Positions 38,301 to 48,196 of a stretch of DNA of 64,000 bases are shown here, one piece after another. The stretch is from Lingula anatina (Eukaryota; Animalia; Brachiopoda): contig CM120640.1 of NCBI GenBank assembly GCA_051362555.1, forward strand, positions 69,356,788 to 69,420,787, given 5' to 3'. The number at the start of each line of letters is the position of its first letter. The stretch's first letter is position 1. A program made the translations under genes and the position numbers. The notes under the pieces are model-generated. The model was not told the DNA's origin and searched no databases. It worked only from the letters and a program-made list of their open reading frames with translations.

Positions 38301-39260
38301 CTTAATTAAAAATGAAGGGCATATATCCAGTTTTCTGTCGACAATAAAGCATGCCTAGCTATTTATGTTTGCGTGTTCGAATTGCTTTTTAAAGTTCTGC
38401 TTCACTACAACTATTTTCACTATCACTGTTTTCTTTTATAATTACTTCACTACATAAATTATCTAAGCTATTTAAACATGCACTCCCCTTCGCATACACA
38501 ACTTGGCCCACATGTTCTGTTTTTCTTCCTTCATCCACAACGGTTGCCACACGTGGTCTACCTTCCTACAACTACACCCTTCCATTAAGAAATTAAAATT
38601 ATCCTGTGCTAATTTATCCACCTCATTTGCTGAGAATTTATATTTGAGTTTCCCTTCTAACTGGTACCCCCATTCTAAGACATCTAAATACTCTATCCTA
38701 TTCTGGCCTGCTTGTCCCCACATCTGTGGGGACACTCTAAGCTATCTTCTAGTGGCAATACATGCTACAATTCTACATCTAACAAAGCCGACCTTATATT
38801 ACCTAACCAAATAGAAACATTTTCTGAATAACTGAGGTCCTTATTATACAAACTTCTGAAAAAACTAATGGGGCTACTGTCTGGATTCACTGACAAAAAA
38901 GCATTGCAGCATTTTCTAAAATAAAGACAACCTAAGAGACAGACGGTAAAAAGCTAATAGTTGACTTCTGTAGTTCCCTGCACCTACTTCATCAAGAGTT
39001 CCTACAGCAATTTTTCCATATATAAAGTCAGCATACCTATGAAATACAGAGTAGATTGTTTTTTTACCAAATCCCCTAAAAAATGAAACATAATCACACC
39101 CAGAACATACAAACAAAACCTGCATAATTTTACCCACCTTTGACCTATATAACCTACTCAAGTCGGGATCATTAACTATGTAACCATGCAACCTATTAAC
39201 ATTAACATAAATTTCCTCATACAATTTACAACTTAATTTTATCAAGATGTTTTTACCTAG
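35389..39260 (-). mobile_element. Degenerate Academ-like (XPG-nuclease type) DNA transposon relic; boundaries approximate
   Basis: 38916-39245 has an XPG/FEN1-type H3TH motif SGCDYVSFFRGFGKKT. 38472-38600 has a frameshifted Cys8 finger GCSCRK / TTCGNRCG*RKKNRTCGPSCVCEGEC. Tandem subterminal-type repeats at 35417-35458 and 37806-37999. Confidence 0.7.
37058..37283. mobile_element. Harbinger-type MITE, family A (reverse orientation), nested in the Academ-like relic
   Basis: Reverse complement of 24767-24991. Confidence 0.85.
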
Positions 39261-40450
39261 TTACTTGATCTCTGCTATCATACAAACCAAGCCCTATTTT
39301 TAGTACAATACGATTATCATATTATTTTCTGAACTATTCAGAATTTTTTTTTTAATTTCAATTTTAATTTCGGACCGCATGTTGAGTAATCAATAAGTAA
39401 AAGGGAGAAATATTCATTTGCTTTTAGATGGGTGCTCTTAACTAATTTTAACGGATATTTTAAGTAATATTGCACCTTTAGCAGCGCTGCATGTTAAAAT
39501 GAGGGACAATATTGTTTTCAATGCAGAAAATCTGCAGTGGCACAGTCAGGATGCAAAACTGTCCATTATATTCATCTAAACGAACTAGCTTAGATATTGA
39601 AAAAAAAAGCACTTTTTTTTTGGTGGGTGGGGGGGGGGATGCAAGTGGAAATTATCTGGGGAAACTGGGACAGGTGAAACTTGTTAGCAGTAAGCCTGAC
39701 CGGACAGGTTACCAGAAGCGTCAGGCCATGCAGCAGTGTAATAATCACATATACTTCATGTGTAAATTTATTAATAGGTATGCTAACTTGTTTTTGTAAT
39801 GTTATGTAGTTGCTTGCTACGAGCGTAGATTCTATGTAAGTATATATATATATATATTTAAAGCAGGTTTCTCTCAGGTTAAAAAAGAATGCATTCGGCA
39901 TAGTGCAATTATTAATTCTGAAAGATTTTTCCATAAAGTACAATTTTTTCGGACAGTACAATTTGTTATTTTGGAAGATTTTTCCACAAACTACAATTAT
40001 TTAGGACTTCGGGGTAGTAGCATCTTTAAATAATTCACGGCACACATTTTTTAAAAATGGCCCACTTTTTTTGATCAAGTGGGCCAAATTGGCCCAACCA
40101 GATTTGACCCAGGACGATTCCTGAAAGTAAATTGAAATTTAAAAAAATTCACAACATTTGCAGGTTTTTTTGCTCTATGAGCAATTTTATTGCTTAAAAA
40201 ATCATGCCAGACTGCTGGTAAAGAGGTTTCATGAGTAATCCTAAGCAACCCTGATCTCTCCTATCACATTCAACTTGTTTAGGATAATATTTATTTTTGT
40301 CCACTGGTTTATCGAAAACAACATGAATTTACACAATATCTTTGACTTTAAATAATTTAAGTATATTACTATTGTAAAGAGATTGTGCATATTGTTTGAA
40401 AGTTTTAAGTAATGGTAATGGTGGTGCTATTACCTGAAACATTGCGTCAA

Positions 40451-40454
<4 letters not shown>

Positions 40455-40504
<50 letters not shown>
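40455..40504. repeat. (TA)n microsatellite; similar runs at 41728-41760 and 49232-49270
   Basis: Visible dinucleotide runs. Confidence 0.9.
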
Positions 40505-40507
<3 letters not shown>

Positions 40508-40731
40508 TAGTGTAGGCAATTTCCTTAGGGAACCCTATATTAAAAGTTTGTGGGTAATTTGATTGAAAAAAAAAAATGTCTTGATAAAGACTTATTTCCT
40601 TTATAGAGGGGGGGGGGGGGGGGGTCCATCTTCCTCTTAGGGGGATCCATTTTCTCCACATAAAGCTAAAGGGTTTGGTATTATTTGTTGAACATTTAAT
40701 GGTAGTGCTTTTTCCTTTTTTGCCCAATTAA

Positions 40732-40940
40732 GGCTTCGTTCACATGAAAAATCTATTTTCTATTTGCGGTATCTTGTGATCATGGCCTGTGCCCTGAATA
40801 CCCCATGGCGTAATTACTGGCAGCGCGAGCCAGTTACTTCCAAAGCTGTAATTAATTCTCGGCTGCGCTCGGAGTGATCACAAGATACCGCGAATAGAAA
40901 ATAGATTTTTAGAAAATAGATTTTTCATGTGAACGGAGTC
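40732..40940. mobile_element. Harbinger-type MITE, family C
   Basis: TIR GGCTTCGTTCACATGAAAAATCTATTTTCTA / TAGAAAATAGATTTTTCATGTGAACGGAGTC; TAA on both sides. Confidence 0.85.
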
Positions 40941-41083
40941 TAAACTGTTTCCATAAAAGGATAATAACTCTTCGTATGAGATATATATTTCACAATAAAT
41001 GAAGGGTTTTATATATCTAAATTGTCTCAATTGAGAAAGATCAATGGCTTAGCAGGATATGTAGACACAGAAAATATGACTTA

Positions 41084-41302
41084 GACCCCATAGATTTTAG
41101 ATCGATCTATCCCTGTGGGGAGTCTCACTAGATTACTGTCAGCTTAGCCGGCTTAAGCGTCTGTCTCGCCTACTGAAAGCTGTAAGGGGGTAATTAACTA
41201 TTGTGCGCGCTGGGCTGACTGCAATTTAGCGTGAACCCCCAGGGAGTTAGGTCGATCTAAATCTTAATCCCTGGATCGATCTAAATCTCTGGGAATACAC
41301 CC
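41084..41302. mobile_element. Harbinger-type MITE, family A
   Basis: TTA TSD; empty sites in paralogous units at ~25170 and ~30030 (aaaatatgacttagagagg). Confidence 0.9.
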
Positions 41303-41429
41303 TTAGAGAGGTTTTTGAACTCAAACCATATACATTGAAGACTGTATGATATCTAGTATTCTATTCCTTTTATGTGGTGAGTTTTTTTCATTATGGTAGA
41401 CAAATGTTGAAAGGCGATTAATTTTGAAA

Positions 41430-41644
41430 GGCGTCGTGGTCGAGTGGTAAGAGCGCGTGACTATGGTGCAGAAGGTCACGGGTTTGAATCCCACTGGGGT
41501 CCGGACTGGAAAACTTTCTCTGTCCAACCAGCAGTAAATGCCTTTTATGTGGTGAGTTCCCTGGTCCGCTAGGGAAGTTAAGGCATCAAAAGGAGAGGGA
41601 TGGGCTCCGCCTTTCACATGCTGTGCCCTAGATACGATATGGCT
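41430..41644 (+). mobile_element. tRNA-derived SINE (His-like head)
   Basis: Box A TGGTCGAGTGG (41437-41447), box B GGTTTGAATCC (41481-41491), anticodon-like CT-ATG-GT; tRNA-unrelated body ...CTGTCCAACCAGCAGTAAATG...AAAGGAGAGGGATGGGCTCCGCCTTTCACATGCTGTGCCCTAGA; absent from paralogous units. Confidence 0.85.
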
Positions 41645-41725
41645 GAAGAGCATTCTGTTCATCTATTCATCTTAGAGCTAATTGTTTGTGTTATCACTGT
41701 GCTTGCAACGTTTTGTTCACCATTT

Positions 41726-41764
<39 letters not shown>

Positions 41765-41825
41765 ATTTTATTTATATATATATTTAACTTTGGTGCAAAT
41801 GTCCAAAATTGAAAATTTTCATCAT

Positions 41826-42918
41826 TCAACATCCACACAGATCTGCTCTCATAGAAATGTGATCATTCCAGGAGGTTGGATTAACCGCACATAACGAGCA
41901 TATATTGGAGGATATAGCACATTCTCCTGAATATTCCTAGTGTCCACATTTCCATTGAAGGTCTGAAAAAAAAAACATGAAAAGCAGTATACTAGCAATA
42001 GAACAATGTTGAGTATAAGAAATATGAGTTTAAACTGTTTTGTCAATATGACAATTGCAACCTGATATCATAGGGACATTAATGTCGCCTATATTTATTG
42101 CAAATAGGCTATGAGAAAGTTTGACATAGTTTAGGTAGTTAATTAAGTAATCTCATATATATTTAGTTAAGTTTCTGTATGGATGTTTGACAGTAGTGCT
42201 ATACCTTAATACGTCCATTTGCATCCCTGTATGCTTTCATCCACAGTTGGCTACTGTTACCATAATGCACCTCATATTCTTTGACAAACTGATTGAAATC
42301 AAATTCTCTGCCCTTGGTCAGTATTGCTGTCACTTTCCTCACTGTCCCAAGGTCAAACTGCAGCCACTGATGTTGGTCATTTATGTCAGCACACCAGGTT
42401 CCAACATCCTTGTGCATTTTATATATTCTTGACATGACTGGGCTGCAAACATGATTTTGCCTCCAATAAGAAGCTGTAATCTTGTTAGGCCACACTTTTT
42501 TATTTTTATCAATTATGGATGACATCCTCTGGTGACCCTAAAATCGGTGCGAGCGGGCGAAAAAAAAAAAAAAACAGTCCAAAAAAAAAAAAAAAACTGC
42601 TTAAGAAAAGGTATGTTTTCAGTACACAGCTGGAAACACTAATTTACCACAGAAACACGTATCAAACTTTTTTTTTTTTTTTTTTGGAGAACGGACGAAA
42701 ATCGGTGCGCGGGCAGGATGTCATCCAGAAAAATAAAAAAGTGTGGCCTTATCAGAAATCGGTTGCTTCCCAGATACCAGTAGGTCCCTACAGTTTTCTG
42801 GAGGGACCAAGGAATTCAGGCGGTTGGTTAGGACTTTCACTTCATCCTTTAAACTTCTTGACTGAACGGCAACATAGAGTACCAAAATGATCAGCACCTT
42901 AGCTTGTCTCATACCCAT
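41826..42918 (-). pseudogene. F5/8C copy 4: disrupted by a MITE in exon 1 and a 1-bp deletion in exon 2
   Basis: Exon 1 (42918-42205) is interrupted at 42488-42748, giving a stop after FYFSG; exon 2 (41961-41826) is frameshifted at YVR/LIQ. Confidence 0.88.
42488..42748. mobile_element. Harbinger-type MITE inserted in the coding exon of F5/8C copy 4
   Basis: TIR GGCCACACTTTTTTATTTTT / AAAAATAAAAAAGTGTGGCC; TTA TSD; copies 1 and 2 show the empty site. Confidence 0.92.
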
Positions 42919-43310
42919 CTTGGCATTAATCAGTTGTGACTTCTGTCTGAGGGACTGGTATGAGGTAATACAGCTCTATTTATTTACGAATTGGCACAGA
43001 ACAAAGACAGAAACTGAGACGCTGATGGCTATCTGTTCATTTCCTTGAAATAAACAAGAAATGAATTTATGTGTTGTGTCAAGTTATAATGAAAATGGGC
43101 TTGATTATATTTCGTCTATGATGTACAGTTGAAGAATCACATTGCTCTGCAATCCAGAGACAAAATGGCATTATGGAAAGAGATGAAAGGCAATGAATTA
43201 TTAAATAAAATTTGTTTGGAAAGAGGGTATTTATTTAGACTCCTCTGGCCTTGGAAGTTACTCATTCTTTTTTGTACCCTTCTGTAGTGTGTTCCTTTCT
43301 TGTCTTCTTT

Positions 43311-43561
43311 GGCTGCGTTCACATGATAAATCTATTTTCTAAAAATCTAAAAATCTATTTGCGGTATCTTGTGATCACGGTCTGTGCCCTGAATACCCCG
43401 CGGTGTAATTACTGAATTAATTACGAGAATTAATTACAGCTTTGGAAGTAACTGGCTCGCGCTGCCCGTAGTTACACTGTGGGGTATTCAGGGCACAGAC
43501 TGTGATCACAAGATACCGCAGATAGATTTAAAGAAAATAGATTTTTCATGTGAACGCAGCC
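43311..43561. mobile_element. Harbinger-type MITE, family C
   Basis: TIR GGCTGCGTTCACATGA / TCATGTGAACGCAGCC with long internal arms; empty paralogous site at ~31895. Confidence 0.88.
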
Positions 43562-44290
43562 TTATTCTTTAATGCTATGATACTGCAACCCCTGTCTTTA
43601 GTTGGTGAGGCTTTTTTTCTTTTTTCTTTTTCTTTTCTTTTTTTTTTTGCATTGTTTTCTTTTCTCACAAAATGACATTTTAAAGGTCTGACTCTGAATT
43701 CCCAAGCTCTGTCCTAGTTGCAATTTCTGAATGTCAGTAGTAATAGTAGTACTTAATCAAAATTTAGTAATAATTATGCGTAATTTTGTAACAAAGTTGA
43801 CAAAAAGTATTTTATTTTTTCATCATTAATATGGTTATTCATCAGTTTGTGACTTCTTTAATGCCTATCAGTTTTTTACAGTAATGTCTGTTCAAAATGT
43901 CAGCTTTTCTGCCCTTTATTTTGATATATCATTATTTTTCAATATAACATTTTTAAATAACACTGTTAAAAAAACATCAACAATATAAGGTGAATACTTT
44001 TAATTTTACTCCATAATAATGTGCCATGATACAGTATCCTTGACATATGATTTTTTCATTTGCCAAGTCTCTTGTTTTGTTACATTATAATATGCATACA
44101 AACCTACTTTCTACCAGAGGCCAGAAGGGGACATCAAAAATGAAGAGAAATTGTCTCGTTGAAAAAATATTCACTCTGTGATCCTGGTAGAATATAATAC
44201 AAACTTACTGTGTAATGGAATTTTATTGTTTTTCTTGCTTTTATTCTGGTTTTTAGGAGATGTGTTTTATGAAATGTATGGAGGGTCAGC

Positions 44291-47200
44291 ATGGAAGATG
44301 TAGTAGAACAACTGTTTGAAGAAGTGAAACGAGGTTACCAGATTCATCAACATTGTATGTACCAGTGCTTGGGTGTATAGCAATTCAATTATTGCTTGTA
44401 AAATTTGATATTAACCATCAATATTTTTTAATAATTAAATTTAGTAATGTGAATTTATAGAAATTACATTGGATTTGGTAAAATGAGCAAAATTGATGTG
44501 AAAATAGACAAACATCCAGTGATAATGGATATTATTTATAATGGATATTATTTATACTTATGTTACGTATTTTAAAATGAATTATTGTCTAACACAGCAC
44601 TGTAGCCTCCAAGTAATGACTTTTGTGTGGGTTTTGGTATCTGATTTAGAAATACGGACCTCTCAGATGTCTTCCTAGGAATTTTGTTGGAATACAAAAC
44701 TCACAAATTGGAAGACTAGATCAAAATGTTAGATTGCCACTCTGAATCCTATATACGTTTATCCAATTTCCTCCTACAGTGTAGATGTAATGTGATAAAA
44801 CAGTTGTTCTTCAGTTAGAGATGAATTAGTCGCACACCTTGTTTCAATCCACCATCCATGGACCCCAATCATTGAAATTGATGAAACATTGGGACCATTC
44901 CCACAGATATTTGGATCGATCGTTCTCCCTAGGGAGTCTCACTAAATTGCTATCAACCTTACCGGCTTAAATGTCTGTCTAGTAAAGCTGTTGGGGGTAA
45001 TTATCTTTACCCCCTAGCTGATTAGGTAAGCGTGATAGACATTTAAGCCAGTTAAGTTGACAGTATTTAGTGAGACTCCCCAGGGAGATAGATCGATCCA
45101 GATGGATCAGTGCTTGGGTGTATAGCAATTCAATTATTGCTTGTAAAATTTGATATTAACCATTAATATTTTTTAATAATTAAATTTAGTAATGTGAATT
45201 TATAGAAATTACATTGGATTTGGTAAAATGAGCAAAATTGATGTGAAAATAGACAAACATCCAGTGATAATGGATATTATTTATAATGGATATTATTTAT
45301 AATGGATATTATTTATACTTATGTTACTTATCCAGATGGATTGATCTAGGGATGGGAACACAGTCTAAGAGACAATTGTCATTCAATCTCTCAGTCAAGA
45401 AGAACCTTGCTTTTTTGAAACCATGAAAAATCTTTTTCATAGATGTAATTTGTTTTCTACATTTTTTAAAGTTCCATAATGCTTTAATAATGCCTGACTT
45501 ATGTAGTGTTATCTTTTTTTTTCAGTGACAGATGACATACTGTCAGCGTAAGTTTTTGTAATTTCCCTAGGAAAATGGAATTTCAGTTCTTTTGTCATGA
45601 AATTTAAAGAATCAGTTCAATGTGGTATGCAGAATTTAATCAATATATAATCACTTATGAAGATCATTAGTATATTTTTACTGGTTACAATGTAAGCTTT
45701 TTTTTACTCCGTGTAAACCTTGCTAGTTTTATACATTCATGAAGCCACTTTTAATCCATTTCTTATTTCATTCATTGCTGCACACATTTACAACTGCATT
45801 GTGTTTTGCTTTTTATGGTGTTTTGTTTCCCATGTCAAGTGGACTGAAGGATCCACAGTTTTATTCTCACTGATGGATGCTTCTTCCCTGCATTGCATCA
45901 GTGCATTTATTTGTAGCTGCTTCTCTGACAGACTTTGGTATACCTTGAATGGTTCAGAAAAAAAAGATGATCACCTAATAATGAAATCATTTTAAAATGT
46001 CCTCTGGGTGTAAGTGACTTCACCCTGGTCACTTTCTCCTGAAATCAGAATCACTAAATCTCGGCATCTTATGAAATAAATTGGAATATCCGTGGGTAAT
46101 ATATGTGGAAGACTGGAAACTCACCAGTGCCATGATTTCTCCTCTTATAGTAATAAAGCTGTTTATTAAACACACATAGCTAATAAAACTGTTTAACATC
46201 CTCTTATCATGATAGATATTGATTCCTCTCTTCCAAATGTTTTGAGAAAAAAGGGATCACCCATCTTGCCTAGGTGTCAGTGAATCCCGTTTCTTTTTCT
46301 TTTTTGTTAATTTAATGCTTTTACATGTGCCATCCTTGATGTTTTGTTACAAAACCATTTCCAGGCTGAATTTTGTATTCCAAGCACCATTGTTGCCATC
46401 GTTGGACCTCATTGACCATGGCAAGATCACACACCTGGTCAGCCCCAGCGGGCGGTCAGTGTACCAGGTGACTGGCACCACAGGTGTTCCTTACTGCTGT
46501 CTGGCCACCAGCGACTACTGCAGTTGTCCAGCTTACACTTTCTCAGGTAAATTATTTCTGTATTAAGTGGATTGTTTTATACCCATGTATGCATATCTGT
46601 ACCTATTGTTATTTTAGTAATGCTTTCAATACATGGTAGTGGGAAAGATGAATTCATTGGCGGATTTAGGGGGTGTCAGGGGGGTCCTGACCCCCCCTTT
46701 GATTTCTGAAAAAAAAAATCACACCAATGGTCCCCTCTTGAAATAAGAATTTTGACTAGCTGAATTATAGTTCTAAACTGTACCAAATGGCACCATTCGC
46801 CCTCTAAAATACCAACATTTTTTGGGGCCCTTCATCGGGCCCCAAACCCCACACTAAGGGGGTGGGGTTGGAGGTTGAGGGGGGGGAGTGTCAGCTTCAC
46901 ATTTGCTGCCTGTCGTTCTTACAAACCAGACCCCCCCCCCCCCATAATTGTCTTCTTTACTGGAATATATTTGAAAATATTGCTTTCTCTTCATATTTTG
47001 GGCTCATTCAAACATTTTACGATTTCAGTTTTAAAAAGAGGAGATACTATAATGGTAAGTAATGATAGTTATTTGGGAATTTTGGTCACTATATTGTTTG
47101 AACAATATTAAAATATACAGTAAGTGGAAAACAAGTAAATGATTTTAAAGACATTTAAACAGTCATTCTCATGTTCATAACCACGTGAAGTAACATGGTC

Positions 47201-47327
47201 ACAGTCTGTTTTGCTGTTACAGTGCAAGCATGTGCTAGCCATCCATCTCAGTGAAGCCATGGGTCTGTGCAAGAAACAGGAAGTTTCAAATAAAGAGCTG
47301 GCTCTACTTCTCCGACAAATGGACTAA
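44291..47327 (+). CDS. ZSWIM7: Zinc finger SWIM domain protein 7 (SWS1, Shu complex), 132 aa
   Basis: Exons 44291-44354, 45526-45547, 46365-46546, 47029-47054, 47223-47327, totalling 399 nt in frame. Sequence SLDLIDHGKITHLVSPSGRSVYQV and SWIM finger YCSCPAYTFSVLKRGDTIMCKHVLAIHLS. In-frame stop upstream of the ATG. Confidence 0.93.
44891..45365. mobile_element. Family A MITE carrying a 222-bp templated insert of local DNA
   Basis: Ends match 13745/19551 in reverse; 45108-45327 is a copy of 44363-44566. Confidence 0.75.
46655..46940. mobile_element. Possible hAT-like non-autonomous element fragment in a ZSWIM7 intron
   Basis: Starts CATTGGCGGATTTAGGGGG followed by a GGGGTGTCAGG/CCTGACCCCC hairpin and G/C tracts; matching right end not found. 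Confidence 0.4.
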
Positions 47328-47639
47328 GAGTTTGAGCAGATCTAATATCTCTGCAGGCTTTTGACATCTTATGACTTCAGGGTCTGCTAGCGGACAAGTA
47401 TTTGATGTACTTATTCATTTTGGTTTTTCAACTATAGATAGGTCCAGTTTTGTCCATCATGACATGAAGATGTGTTGGTTTTAATATTTCATAATGTGAA
47501 GGACCTAGTTAAACTGAAAATCACTTGCATGGTTTTCATCACTTCTTGAAACCAAGTATGATCAAGTAGATTCTCGTTGAGTAACAAGTAAGGTTTTGAA
47601 AAATGAAATTTGTGCTAAGCAAGTTGTTCGACACACTAA

Positions 47640-48196
47640 GACCGCATTCTCAACGAATTGAGCCAGGCTTTACAAATCCTGAGAACTAAAAATGGCGGAC
47701 GTACATGAAAGAAAAACCGCCTAATCTTTTAATAGTCTCTCCGCCTCTCACACGCCTCCCCACACGTCGTCCCTGCGGGGTACAGTAATTAAACCTCGGC
47801 TCCGTTCGCCATGCGGAAGCTACCTGAGAAATATTAAGTGCGCATGCTCATCAGTTAAACTCGTGGTGAAGAAAGCATGGCGGCTGAAGGCGATCGAAGG
47901 AAAAAAGCTCTTCTGTTCTATTATCTTTCAAAACAGAGACGAAAAAGGAATGAATTGGCCCGTAGAGCAGCAATGAATCGACTATCTACGGAGATAATAT
48001 CACCAGAGATATTCACAGAGATATTCATGTTCGGAGCCGAGATTTAATTACTGTACCCCGCAGGGACGACGTGTGGGGAGGCGAGTGAGAGGCAGAGAGA
48101 CTATTAAAAGATTAGGCAGTTTTTCTTTCATGCACGTCCACCATTTTTAGTCCTCAGGATTTGTAAAGCCTGGCTCAATTCGTTGAAAATGCGGCC
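47640..48196. mobile_element. Long-TIR foldback MITE, family B, opposite orientation to 29415-29971
   Basis: GACCGCATT...AATGCGGCC ends, TAA TSD, ~165-bp inverted arms. Confidence 0.92.

Noticed and set aside
41430-41500. tRNA-His gene
   Set aside because: Acceptor stem does not pair, box B is mutated, it continues into a SINE body, and it is absent from paralogous units.
42488-42748. MITE acting as a self-removing Introner (AAG|GC ... CAAG|)
   Set aside because: Donor GCCACA is far from consensus, the acceptor lacks a pyrimidine tract, and the gene has an independent frameshift in exon 2.
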